NCBI GenBank assembly: GCA_035533755.1
Contig: DATLTC010000062.1
Location: forward strand, 15,181-79,180
DNA length: 64,000 nt
Source: Gemmatimonadaceae bacterium
GTDB taxonomy: Bacteria > Gemmatimonadota > Gemmatimonadetes > Gemmatimonadales > Gemmatimonadaceae
Direction: 5' to 3'
Positions 1 to 9,334 of this stretch are shown here, piece after piece; within the stretch, counting starts at the first letter, position 1; each line of letters opens with the position of its first letter. Position numbers and translations under genes: made by a program. The notes beneath the pieces were generated by a model. It did not search any database. It saw nothing but the letters and a program-made list of their open reading frames with translations, and was not told where the DNA came from.

Positions 1-35
1 ACATCCCATCAACCCCCAGATGTCGTGTGCCCGAA

Positions 36-569
36 TCACAGCCGCTGTTCGACCGACGACCAGAGTTCGACCGTGGCCAGATCGTCATCGATTCGCTCGA
101 TCACGACCTCGGTGTTGGCGTCCACCGGTGATCCGTCGACCGATCGCGCGCGGAGATCATATCGATGACCGTCCGCTTCGAACACGATGCGCCCCTGGCC
201 CGCGTGCTCGATGGGCTCGGTGACGCACGCCACGTGTCCCTGGAAGCGGTACTGCGGGTCGTCTTCCGGGTCAGATGAGGGTGTGGCGAAGGCCCGTAGA
301 ACTACCCATCGCGCAAACACCGCCGCCAGCCCTCCGACGACGACCACGATGCTTGCACCCCCGAGTCCGGACGCGACGAGACGGTCCCTGGTGAGGTACC
401 CGGTGATACCGGCCGCGGCACAGAAGGCCCCAATGGTGGGCAGGAGTGTCCGAGGCCGGCTCACTGCCCCATGCGTCAGGGCGGGATCGCGTTTCGGCAC
501 GCCGGCGATCATGACGAACACCAGTAGGACAAGTCCAAATGTTGCCGCGGCAAGCCAGAGTACCGTCAT
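36..569 (-). CDS. NfeD-family membrane protein
   Basis: 177-aa ORF. The N-terminal half is hydrophobic (TM helices). The C-terminal segment 'GHVACVTEPI..GQGRIVFEADGHRYDLRARS..EVVIERIDDD' resembles the NfeD OB-fold. Confidence 0.7.
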   Translation of the reverse strand: MTVLWLAAATFGLVLLVFVMIAGVPKRDPALTHGAVSRPRTLLPTIGAFCAAAGITGYLTRDRLVASGLGGASIVVVVGGLAAVFARWVVLRAFATPSSDPEDDPQYRFQGHVACVTEPIEHAGQGRIVFEADGHRYDLRARSVDGSPVDANTEVVIERIDDDLATVELWSSVEQRL

Positions 570-657
570 GGGTCGAAGCGCTTGAAGAAAAAGGCGGTCC
601 AGGGAAACGGAGGGGACGGCGACCCCGCGGTGAGCAATACGACGGGAAGACCGAGGT

Positions 658-1689
658 TCAGGGTTCGGAATGAAGCGGCGTGGTCATCGCGCCTCCTGGC
701 GGCGCATCCAGAAGGCCCGCCAGAAAAGTGAGCGCCTGCTCCTCCGCGAAGTAGCGGGCCTTCCAAGGGGTGGGGCCGGATACGAACCCCACATGGCCGC
801 CATGCTCGACGAACAGGGGGGTGAGCGCCGGATTGGTGCCCGCGCGCGCCTGAACGGACCGTAGGACGTCTGATGGAAGGAAGGGATCGTCGAAGGCACT
901 CACCAGAAGCGTGGGTCGCGAGATGCGCTCCAGAAACTGCAGAGAGCTGGAGCGGGCATAGTAGTCGTGCGCATTGGAGAATCCGTGGACGGGCGCCGTT
1001 ACGGCTTCGTCGAAGCTCACCAACGTGTGGGCGGACCGCAGGGCCGTCGCATTGAACAGGCCGGGAAAGTGGGCGAGTTTCTGCGCCGCCTTCTGCTTGA
1101 GCGTCCGGAGGAAGTGACGTTCGTACATACGCGAAAACCCGTGGCTGACAAAGCACGCGCCGGCCTCGAGATCAAAGGGAACTGATACGGCGACGGCTCC
1201 GCGAACGGAAGACGGCACATCCGAGGGATGCTCTCCGAGCCACTTGAGGAGGACGTTTCCGCCGAGCGAATAGCCGGCAAACAACAGGGGCGCGTCAGGA
1301 TGCTCGCGGACGATTCTCTGCACAACGAATGCAAGATCTGCGGTGTCGCCGGAATGATAGAAGCGTGGCGCGCGGTTGATCTCACTGCCGCACCCGCGGA
1401 ACAACAACAGGTCGACTCCCCATCCGGCCGCATGGGCGCCGCTCGCGATTCCCCGGGCGTAGTGCGAGCGAAGCGTGCCCTCGAGGCCGTGCAGGATGAT
1501 GAGGTGAGGCGCCGCCGGAGGGGCCGGCACGCGGAACAAGTCGAGAAAGTCGCCATCGGGCGTGGTCCATCGCTCCATGTGCCCTGGCGGCAGGGAAACC
1601 CGCCGGGCGAACTTACCCCACAGCGTTTGCCCGTGTGCTCCGGGGAGCCACCACGCTGGCGTGAAGGCGACATGCGTCACACGCGACAC
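658..1689 (-). CDS. alpha/beta-fold hydrolase, YheT-like
   Basis: Has 'ILHGLEGT', the nucleophile elbow 'GYSLGGN' and 'EHGGHVGF', laid out as in E. coli YheT. The start is uncertain: GTG at 1689 or 1680. The track ORF extends to 1833 and would overlap the ArsC-family gene. Confidence 0.75.
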   Translation of the reverse strand: MSRVTHVAFTPAWWLPGAHGQTLWGKFARRVSLPPGHMERWTTPDGDFLDLFRVPAPPAAPHLIILHGLEGTLRSHYARGIASGAHAAGWGVDLLLFRGCGSEINRAPRFYHSGDTADLAFVVQRIVREHPDAPLLFAGYSLGGNVLLKWLGEHPSDVPSSVRGAVAVSVPFDLEAGACFVSHGFSRMYERHFLRTLKQKAAQKLAHFPGLFNATALRSAHTLVSFDEAVTAPVHGFSNAHDYYARSSSLQFLERISRPTLLVSAFDDPFLPSDVLRSVQARAGTNPALTPLFVEHGGHVGFVSGPTPWKARYFAEEQALTFLAGLLDAPPGGAMTTPLHSEP

Positions 1690-1746
1690 GGCGTTGTCGG
1701 TGAAGGGTTTGTTGCCGGCCGCCCTCTTGGCGAGGAAAGCGAGATC

Positions 1747-2097
1747 GTGGAAGTGCAGATCTTTGGCATCAAGAAGAACGCGGATACCCGCAAGGCGCTG
1801 CGGTTCTTTTCGGAGCGACGAGTGAAGACCCATTTCGTCGATTTCAAGGAGCGGGCGGCGTCGCTCGGCGAACTGAAGCGATTCGCGCAGAAGTTTGGGA
1901 TTCCGGCCCTGATCGATGAGACCAGCGCGCGCTTTGCCGAACTTGGGCTACGCCACAGCCGGTTGAGCGACACCCGATGGCTGGAACTGCTCGTGGATGA
2001 GCCACTGGTTCTTCGAATGCCCATGGTTCGATCCGGAAATTCGCTGACCATCGGACTTGCGGAGGACAGCTGGAAGGCCTGGCTCTCGAAACCGTGA
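1747..2097 (+). CDS. ArsC/Spx-family protein (YffB-like)
   Basis: GTG start at 1747. 'VQIFGIKKNADTRKALRFF...MPMVRSG' aligns to the YffB pattern 'LYGIKNCDTCKKA', but both Cys positions are substituted. Confidence 0.7.
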   Translation: MEVQIFGIKKNADTRKALRFFSERRVKTHFVDFKERAASLGELKRFAQKFGIPALIDETSARFAELGLRHSRLSDTRWLELLVDEPLVLRMPMVRSGNSLTIGLAEDSWKAWLSKP

Positions 2098-2190
2098 CTG
2101 AATATCCGTCCTAGTCACGCCACTATAGCGCCAATATCTCAACTGTATGGCGGCACAAATGGAGTATTGCCGGGCTTCACCAGAAAGTCA

Positions 2191-3135
2191 CTAGAACTCG
2201 CCGACGAATCCGATCTCCGCATCCAGATGAACCCCGAACTGCTTGAAAACTGCCGTCTGGGCGATCGCGATCAACTCACGTACCTGTTTGGCCGTGGCCC
2301 CGCCAAGGTTGACGATGATGTTCGCGTGGATATGCGAGATCTGAGCTTCGCCGTGGCGGTAGCCTTTCAGCCCCGCCTGATCAATCAAGCGGCCGGCCCC
2401 CTGGCCCTCGATCTTCTTGAAAATGGACCCGGCGCTGGGATATAGGTCGAGCCACGGATGGCGAGCGCCACGCCAACTCAGGTTCTCCTGCATGACGGTC
2501 TGCATGGCCGCCGGCTTGCCGGGCGAGAGCTGCAGCGTCACCGTGAGTGCAATCTCGCCGCCGTCATGCAAGCGGCTCGTGTCGTAGCCAAAGCGCATCT
2601 CGTCCCGGCTGACGGTGCGGCGGGTACCGTGGAACTCCAGTAACTCGGCGGACTCGAATACCTCCGCGATGAATATCGTGCGGGCACGGTCAGGGGCTGG
2701 GGATAGAAAGTGGAGGTTCTGCCAGATCGCGCCGCCGACGGTGCTGGGAATGCCCACATAGTGCTCGAGACCGCTCCATCCACGCGTGACGGCCTCCTGG
2801 ATCAACGTTGCCATCACCGTCCCCGTCTCGGACCACACTCGACCATCGGCAGAAAAATCCCAATGATTCGCGCGGTTGCGGATCACGAGACCACGGAACC
2901 CCAGGTCGCCGACGAGGATATTGGCGCCCAGGCCAAGTAGGAAGACCGGAATGTCGAGCGCTCTGGCCACGGTGACCGCGTCGGCCAGTTCGTCGGCAGT
3001 TGTGGCTTCGAAGAACAGGTCTGCGGGACCGCCGATCCGAAACGTCGTGAACGGCGCCAGCGGTACATTTCGGCGGACGCGCGCCGCACCAAGACGGGCG
3101 ACGCACTGCTCGAGGGCGAGAGACGTGAGAGGCAT
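2191..3135 (-). CDS. murB: UDP-N-acetylenolpyruvoylglucosamine reductase
   Basis: 'PLAPFTTFRIGGPADLF', 'LGLGANILV' and the C-terminal 'AGSIFKN'-like motif. ATG at 3135 leaves about 28 aa before the 'TTFRIGGPA' motif, as in other MurB proteins. Confidence 0.9.
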   Translation of the reverse strand: MPLTSLALEQCVARLGAARVRRNVPLAPFTTFRIGGPADLFFEATTADELADAVTVARALDIPVFLLGLGANILVGDLGFRGLVIRNRANHWDFSADGRVWSETGTVMATLIQEAVTRGWSGLEHYVGIPSTVGGAIWQNLHFLSPAPDRARTIFIAEVFESAELLEFHGTRRTVSRDEMRFGYDTSRLHDGGEIALTVTLQLSPGKPAAMQTVMQENLSWRGARHPWLDLYPSAGSIFKKIEGQGAGRLIDQAGLKGYRHGEAQISHIHANIIVNLGGATAKQVRELIAIAQTAVFKQFGVHLDAEIGFVGEF

Positions 3136-4561
3136 GGTGAACACAAAAGAAACACCTCCAGTCAGGTACCCGCTACGGCTGCTCCGTGGAATTCTGGCGA
3201 TTGCCGGCGGCTTGGCCCTGGCCGTTGGCACAGCGGGCGCGCAGCGTGCCGAACTCGAACGCAGCATTCAACGCACCGTGCTGCCGAACGGGCTCGAGGT
3301 GATCGTGGTGGAAAACCACGGCGTTCCCCTGGCAACCGTGGAAATCGACGTTCGGAACGGCTCCTTCACGCAAGATTGGGGCTATGAAGGGCTGTCACAC
3401 CTCTACGAGCACATGTTCTTCCGGGCGAACGGAGACTACCCCGAACCGGACGAATTCCAGGAACGCGCATCCGCCCTGGGGGCCGTGTTCAACGGTTCCA
3501 CGCAGGAAGAGCGGGTGAACTACTACCTCACGCTGCCCGCCGATAGCCTCGACGCGGGGATGCGCTTGATGGCGTCGGCTCTCTTGAAGCCGCTGTTTCG
3601 CACCGACGAACTGGACCGGGAACGGGCGGTCGTCATTGGAGAGTACGACCGGGATGAGTCCCAGCCAGGGTTTGGATTCCAACGAGCAATGGGGCATGCG
3701 TTGTGGGGGGCCGCATGGTCGCGGAAGGATCCCCTGGGCAAGCGAGCCTCAATTCTCCGCACGACGCCGGACCAGATGCGCGAGATCGAACACCGGTACT
3801 ATGTGCCGAACAATTCCGCGCTGATCATATCCGGCGACGTGAATCCCGGAGCGGTGTTCGCGAAGGCGGCGAGGATCTTCGGTGCCTGGCCGCGCGCCGG
3901 GGACCCATTCACCCGGTGGCCGATTCCGCCGATTCCGCCGTTGCGAGCAGATACCGGCGTCCTGGTGGAGGAGCCGATTGCCACGGCGGTGGTGATGCTG
4001 CAATGGCAGGGTCCGAGTGCGGGGCAAGACCCGGCAGCAACGTATGCCGCCGACGTATTCTCGGATGTGTTGAACCAGCCGGGGTCCAGATTCCAACGCG
4101 ACCTCGTGGACAGCGGCATTTTTGAATCATTAGGCGTGAACTACTACACGCTCAACCACGTCGGACCGATCACGATCAGCGGCGAGACAGCGCCGGACCA
4201 TGTACGGCAGGCAATCACCGCCCTGGAGCGAGAACTCGATGCGATCGGAAGGCCTGGATACTTCTCCGCCGCGGAACTCGAACCGATCAAGCGTCAGCGC
4301 ATCACGGGGACCATGTTCGGACTCGAGCGCGCCTCCGGATTCGCGCACCAGCTGGGGTTCTGGTGGGCTGTCACAGGCCTGAACTACTACCTGGGCTACG
4401 TGGACGCGATGGCCCGCGAGACGATTCCCGATCTGGAGCGATATGCGCACAAGTACATCATCGGGAAGCCCCATGTGCGCGGGGTGCTGATCGACCACCG
4501 GGCCAATGCTCAGGTGCGGCTCACGGCGGCGGAGCTCAGTAATTGGGGGGAGACGCCATGA
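3134..4561 (+). CDS. M16 (pitrilysin) family zinc peptidase, catalytic subunit, secreted
   Basis: Inverted zinc motif HxxEH ('HLYEH'). N-terminal signal peptide 'LLRGILAIAGGLALAVGTAGAQ'. ATG at 3134. Confidence 0.85.
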   Translation: MVNTKETPPVRYPLRLLRGILAIAGGLALAVGTAGAQRAELERSIQRTVLPNGLEVIVVENHGVPLATVEIDVRNGSFTQDWGYEGLSHLYEHMFFRANGDYPEPDEFQERASALGAVFNGSTQEERVNYYLTLPADSLDAGMRLMASALLKPLFRTDELDRERAVVIGEYDRDESQPGFGFQRAMGHALWGAAWSRKDPLGKRASILRTTPDQMREIEHRYYVPNNSALIISGDVNPGAVFAKAARIFGAWPRAGDPFTRWPIPPIPPLRADTGVLVEEPIATAVVMLQWQGPSAGQDPAATYAADVFSDVLNQPGSRFQRDLVDSGIFESLGVNYYTLNHVGPITISGETAPDHVRQAITALERELDAIGRPGYFSAAELEPIKRQRITGTMFGLERASGFAHQLGFWWAVTGLNYYLGYVDAMARETIPDLERYAHKYIIGKPHVRGVLIDHRANAQVRLTAAELSNWGETP

Positions 4562-5880
4562 AGCGGACGCGGCAGACCGTGCTGGCCGGGCTGATCCTGT
4601 TGTGCGGCGTCCCGGGCGTGGGGCGGAGCCAGGCGGTGCGTCCCGACACGGCGACGGTGAGCTTCACCGTGGACCACGTCCATGTCATTCTCCGGCGCAA
4701 CACCGCGAACGATGTGGTCGCGGCGAACATCTATCTCCTCGGTGGCGACCGCCAGGCAACACCGGCGACGGCCGGGATCGAGGCGCTGATGCTGGCCGCC
4801 TCGGAGGGGGGCACCGGGAAGTACCCGAGACAGGCTCTGCGCGCCATCACCGGACGGCTCGGAGCGACGATCGTCATCCAACCATCGGCGGATTGGACAA
4901 CGTTCGGGCTGCGCACTCTTCGCCAGGCGTTCGACTCGAGCTGGGCAGTGTTTGCCGATCGACTCGTGGCACCACGCCTGGACTCGGCGGCAGTAGAGCG
5001 CGCGCGCCAGCAGATGCTCACCGATGCCGCGCAGTCAGAAGCCGATCCGGATATTGCCGTGGCGCGACTGGCCGAAGGGCTGCTCTACGCGAACCATCCG
5101 TATCGAATGGCACCCGGCGGAACGACGGAGTCGCTCGGCGCGATCACGCCGTCACAGGTACGGCGATACCACGATTCAACGGTGGTACAATCCCGGCTGT
5201 TGGTCATCGTGGTAGGAAACGTGGACCGAGGTCCGCTCACGCGCGCGATACGGGCCACCCTGGCCACGCTGCCCGTAGGCACCTATGCATGGATCGGTCC
5301 GCCTCCGCTCACGCCATCGGTTCAGCGCCTCGCGGTTTCCGCACGCGTGCTGCCGACGAACTACATCTTGGGTTACTATCCCGGACCGCGGGCGGGGACC
5401 CATGACTATGCGGCACTACGGATCGCGACCGCGGTGCTGAGCGGTCGCATGTTCGCCGAGGTGCGCTCGCGACAACACCTGGCGTACGCCGTGGAAGCGC
5501 CATTCCTGGAGCGGGCGATTTCGGCGGGCGGTCTGTACGTGACGACCACCGATCCGACGGCGGCGCTCGACGCGATGTACTTCGAGGTACGGCGCCTGCA
5601 GTCGACGCTGGTGGACCGGGAGGGACTCCACGCCCTCGTGGGCCAGTTCATCACCGACTATTTCCTGAAGAACGAAACGAACGCCGACCAAGCATCGTTC
5701 CTTGCCCGCGCCGAGCTGTACGACGGTGACTACCGGACGGCCGGCCAATTCGTGGCAGAGCTGCGGACCGTCACGCCTGAGGATGTGCAGCGGGTGGCGC
5801 AAGCGTACATGCACGGCACGCTGTTCGGGTTCGTGGGTGACACGACGAAAGCTCCGGCCGAGCTGTTCGCGCGATTCTAG
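4558..5880 (+). CDS. M16-family peptidase-like protein lacking HxxEH (non-catalytic partner)
   Basis: Has M16 length and layout but no HxxEH motif. Signal peptide present. Its ATG overlaps the upstream stop (ATGA at 4558-4561). Confidence 0.8.
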   Translation: MKRTRQTVLAGLILLCGVPGVGRSQAVRPDTATVSFTVDHVHVILRRNTANDVVAANIYLLGGDRQATPATAGIEALMLAASEGGTGKYPRQALRAITGRLGATIVIQPSADWTTFGLRTLRQAFDSSWAVFADRLVAPRLDSAAVERARQQMLTDAAQSEADPDIAVARLAEGLLYANHPYRMAPGGTTESLGAITPSQVRRYHDSTVVQSRLLVIVVGNVDRGPLTRAIRATLATLPVGTYAWIGPPPLTPSVQRLAVSARVLPTNYILGYYPGPRAGTHDYAALRIATAVLSGRMFAEVRSRQHLAYAVEAPFLERAISAGGLYVTTTDPTAALDAMYFEVRRLQSTLVDREGLHALVGQFITDYFLKNETNADQASFLARAELYDGDYRTAGQFVAELRTVTPEDVQRVAQAYMHGTLFGFVGDTTKAPAELFARF

Positions 5881-6485
5881 CCCCTGGGCTTGGCGCGGTC
5901 CCGCAGTACGGCAAGAATTCCTTCGAGCGATCCGCCGATTGCATGGAGGGCGACGAGGCTGTGGTACCAGAGGTCGGCGGCCTCGGTGGTTGCGTGTTCC
6001 GCATCCTGATCGGCACACGCGAGCACGAATTCCGAAGCCTCCTCGCCGATCTTCTTCAGGCGGAGATTCCGGTCGCGGAACAGCCGCTGCGTATAGCTCG
6101 GCGAGTCGTCGAGGGATGATGCGCGCTGGGTAATCGTCCGATCGAGAGCACCGAGCGGGTCGGACGCGAATTGCTGGTCGGCGAAACACGACATCCGGCC
6201 GGTGTGGCACGCGGGGCCGAGGGGGCGAACGAGCGCCAGTACCGCGTCGTTATCGCAGTCTGCCGTGAGCGAGACGACGTGCTGTCGGTTGCCGCTCGTG
6301 GCGCCCTTGTGCCAGAGGCCTCGCGAGCGGGAGCGGTAGTGCATCTCGCCGGAAGCGAGGGTGCGTTCGAGCGCTTCGCGATCGGCGTGCGCCACCATGA
6401 GCACGCAGCCGGTGGCCGCGTCCTGTGTGACGACGGTGATCATCCCGCCGCCCTTGGCGAAATCGAGACTGTCAAGATCGAGCAT
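5877..6485 (-). CDS. hisIE: bifunctional phosphoribosyl-AMP cyclohydrolase / phosphoribosyl-ATP pyrophosphatase
   Basis: HisI core 'WHKGATSGNRQHVVSLTADCDNDAVLALV..GPACHTG' followed by a HisE-like helical C-terminus. Confidence 0.9.
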   Translation of the reverse strand: MLDLDSLDFAKGGGMITVVTQDAATGCVLMVAHADREALERTLASGEMHYRSRSRGLWHKGATSGNRQHVVSLTADCDNDAVLALVRPLGPACHTGRMSCFADQQFASDPLGALDRTITQRASSLDDSPSYTQRLFRDRNLRLKKIGEEASEFVLACADQDAEHATTEAADLWYHSLVALHAIGGSLEGILAVLRDRAKPRG

Positions 6486-7286
6486 CTATCGCCCCTCTTC
6501 CAGGAGGTGGTCCACCGGGCATCCGAGCGCGGTGCGGACGGTGACCGCGAGTTCGCGATTGGTCGCGATTGCGCTTCCGCCAAAGTTCGTCGGGCTCCCG
6601 TTCCAGTCCGAAAACACTCCGCCGGCTTCGGTGATGATCGGAATGAATGGCGCCGCGTCCCATGGCGAGAGCACGGGATCGACCATGACCTCGGCCCGTC
6701 CGGTGGCAACCATGAGATACCCGAAGCAGTCGCCCCAACTTCTCGCAAGCGCCGCGTGCTCGGCGAGGGCGCGCCACCGGGCACGGCGCTCGACATGTTC
6801 CGAGAACCGTTCGTCGGTGGTGAGCACCGTGGCTTCCGCGAGGAGGCTCACGGAGGAAACGCGGCAACGGACGCCGTTCCACCAAGCCCCCTCGCCGCGC
6901 GAGGCAGCGACGAGTTCGTCGATGACCGGAAAGTACGCCGCGCCGGCAAGCACCGTGGTGCCTTCGTAGACGGCGATCAGCGTTCCCCACAGCGGGACCC
7001 CGCGAATGAACGACTTCGTACCATCGATGGGATCGACGATCCAGTGCCGTGCAGCGGAGTGACGTTCCTCGCCCAACTCCTCACCAACAATCCCGTCGGT
7101 GGGAAAGCGGTGGGTAATCCAATCGCGCGCCGCGCGCTCGGCGCCACGGTCGGCGACGGTGACGGGCGAGCCGTCGGCCTTGGTCTCCGCCACGAGGTCG
7201 GTGCGAAAATGCGCCAGCGCGACCGATCCGGCGATGCGGGCCACGTCGACGACGGCCTCGAGGAGCAACGACGCGGGCGAGGTCAC
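6486..7286 (-). CDS. hisN: inositol-monophosphatase-family histidinol-phosphatase
   Basis: IMPase motifs 'VADRGAE', 'WIVDPIDGTKSFIRG' and 'WDAAP'. Embedded in the his operon. The GTG start overlaps the hisF stop (GTGA). Confidence 0.8.
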   Translation of the reverse strand: MTSPASLLLEAVVDVARIAGSVALAHFRTDLVAETKADGSPVTVADRGAERAARDWITHRFPTDGIVGEELGEERHSAARHWIVDPIDGTKSFIRGVPLWGTLIAVYEGTTVLAGAAYFPVIDELVAASRGEGAWWNGVRCRVSSVSLLAEATVLTTDERFSEHVERRARWRALAEHAALARSWGDCFGYLMVATGRAEVMVDPVLSPWDAAPFIPIITEAGGVFSDWNGSPTNFGGSAIATNRELAVTVRTALGCPVDHLLEEGR

Positions 7287-8044
7287 GAAATGGCCCTCAC
7301 CGGAAGCGCCGCTGCCGACATGCGCGCCTTGATCTGTGCGACGGTGCAGCGGCCGTCGTGCACGATCCCGGCGACCAACGCCGCGTCGGCGCCGCCGTCT
7401 CGAAGCGCTTCGACCACGTGTTCGGCCGATCCGGCACCGCCGGACGCGACCACGGGAACCGCAACCAGCTCCGCCACGCGGCGCGTGAGCTCGAGGTCGT
7501 ATCCCGCGCCGGAACCGTCGCGGTCGATGCTCGTGAGGAGAATCTCCCCTGCTCCGCAGCGGGCGCAGGTCTCGGCCCACTCCAGTGCGTCCAGTTCCGT
7601 AGCGCGCGAGCCCCCGTGCGTGTACACGCGCCACCCGGAACCTTCCTGACGAGCGTCGATGCTCGCGACCACACACTGCGCGCCAAAGCGATCGGCCGCG
7701 TCGGCGAGCAGTTGGGGATTCGCCACCGCGGCACTGTTGATGCTCACCTTGTCGGCGCCCGAGCGCAGGGCGCTACCGATATCGCTCACGGAACGGATCC
7801 CGCCGCCCACGGTGAGCGGAATGAACAGACGTTCGGCGGTGCGGCAGACGACCTCGAGGAGGGTGTGCCGATCTTCACGGCTCGCCGAGATGTCGAGAAA
7901 GACAATCTCGTCCGCACCGTCGCGCTCATACTGTTGCGCCAGGAGCACGGGATCGCCGATGTCACGCAGAGATTCGAACCCGACGCCCTTGACGACGCGA
8001 TCGCCCCGAACGTCGAGACACACGATGACGCGACGGGTCAACAC
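7283..8044 (-). CDS. hisF: imidazole glycerol phosphate synthase, cyclase subunit
   Basis: 'LTRRVIVCLDVRGDRVVKGV', 'PLTVGGGIRS' and 'VVASGGAG'. GTG start at 8044. The N-terminal extension in the track is rejected. Confidence 0.9.
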   Translation of the reverse strand: MLTRRVIVCLDVRGDRVVKGVGFESLRDIGDPVLLAQQYERDGADEIVFLDISASREDRHTLLEVVCRTAERLFIPLTVGGGIRSVSDIGSALRSGADKVSINSAAVANPQLLADAADRFGAQCVVASIDARQEGSGWRVYTHGGSRATELDALEWAETCARCGAGEILLTSIDRDGSGAGYDLELTRRVAELVAVPVVASGGAGSAEHVVEALRDGGADAALVAGIVHDGRCTVAQIKARMSAAALPVRAIS

Positions 8045-8081
8045 GAGACCCGCCTCACCAACACGGCCGCGGTGCGGCGGG

Positions 8082-8624
8082 TCATTCGGACTCCTCCTGG
8101 GTGAGGACCGCGCCTTTGGTGCTGAACACCCCCTGGTGGCCGGCTTCGCGGAGTGCGTCGCGGAGCGCGAGGCCCAGTGCTTTGAAGGCGGCCTCCACGA
8201 TGTGGTGCCGGTCGCTGCCCCGGAGCACCCTGATGTGCAACGTGCTGCGGGCGTTGTCGCTGAACGAGCGCATCCAGTGCTCATACAACGCGCTGGGCAG
8301 TGGGCCGCGGTAATATGGGCGCCCGCCGAGGTCGATCACACATTGCACGAGGGCGTCGTCCATCGGAATGGTGCGCTCGCCGTACCGGGCGGCGGCAGTC
8401 GGGGTGTAGCCGGCAACGGCCGTGCCAAGGGCAATCGCCACGTCCTCGACCAGGTGGTGCAACAGATCGCCGCGGGCCTGAACGGACAGCGGCAGGCCCG
8501 AGTACCGCGCTAGCGTGTGGAGCATGTGGTCGAGGAACGGCACCCCGGTGGCGATGCTGCCAGCGGGGCCGCCGATCTGCACCTCAACTTCCGTCTCGTT
8601 GGTCTTGCGGCGTATGGTCGTCAT
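8082..8624 (-). CDS. hisB: imidazoleglycerol-phosphate dehydratase (monofunctional)
   Basis: 'RKTNETEVEVQI', 'GVPFLDHMLHTLARY' and 'RHHIVEAAFKALG'. About 180 aa with no phosphatase domain. The ATG overlaps the hisA stop (ATGA). Confidence 0.9.
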   Translation of the reverse strand: MTTIRRKTNETEVEVQIGGPAGSIATGVPFLDHMLHTLARYSGLPLSVQARGDLLHHLVEDVAIALGTAVAGYTPTAAARYGERTIPMDDALVQCVIDLGGRPYYRGPLPSALYEHWMRSFSDNARSTLHIRVLRGSDRHHIVEAAFKALGLALRDALREAGHQGVFSTKGAVLTQEESE

Positions 8625-9334
8625 TCGGCAAACTCCTGAGCCACGGCATAAGGGTCGATCGCACCGGTATAGAGCGCCATGCCGATGACCACGGCGGCGA
8701 CTCCCCGGTGTTCGAGTGCGAACAGATCGTCGCGGCTTCCAACGCCTCCAGAAGCGATGATCGGCACGTCGGTTGCCTCCACGAGATCCTCCATCAGCGA
8801 GAGATCGGGACCGGCCATCTGTCCTTCGCGGTGCACGGCCGTCACGAGCACACCGGCAAGAGGCAGGTGCACGAACTCGGCGAGGACATCGAATACGTCC
8901 ATCGGGTGGGACCGGGTCCAGCCGTGCGTGACGATGCGGCGGTCGCGCACGTCGGCCGCTACGACCACGATCCCCGGATGGGAGATCGCGACGTCGGCCA
9001 GCCAATCGAAGTTCTCGATGGCCCGCGTGCCGAGAATGACGCGGTGCGCCCCGGCGGCGAGAAGATCCTCGATGCGGCTGCGGTGCCGTACGCCGCCGCC
9101 CACCTGCACCTCGGCGTCGGTCTCATCGAGAATCGCTCCGATCACCGACGTGTTATCGCCCACGTCCGTGGCGGCGTCGAGATCAACCACGTGCAATCGG
9201 TGGAATCCGCACTCCGACCACCGGCGCGCGACCGCCACCGGATCGCTCAAGCGCACGCGCTCGTTGGTATAGGATCCGCCGACGAGCTGGACACAGGCCC
9301 CTTCGCGAAGGTCGATCGCGGGAATGGCGATCAT
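8621..9334 (-). CDS. hisA: ProFAR isomerase
   Basis: 'MIAIPAIDLREGACVQLVGG' and 'IIASGGVGS'. The ATG overlaps the hisH stop (ATGA). Confidence 0.9.
   Translation of the reverse strand: MIAIPAIDLREGACVQLVGGSYTNERVRLSDPVAVARRWSECGFHRLHVVDLDAATDVGDNTSVIGAILDETDAEVQVGGGVRHRSRIEDLLAAGAHRVILGTRAIENFDWLADVAISHPGIVVVAADVRDRRIVTHGWTRSHPMDVFDVLAEFVHLPLAGVLVTAVHREGQMAGPDLSLMEDLVEATDVPIIASGGVGSRDDLFALEHRGVAAVVIGMALYTGAIDPYAVAQEFAE

Noticed and set aside
36-569. The NfeD gene at the window start as a functional partner of the SPFH gene at 32432..33421.
   Set aside because: NfeD-SPFH pairs are normally adjacent, and these two are about 32 kb apart. The natural partner of this NfeD is more likely just outside the window, downstream of nt 36 on the minus strand.
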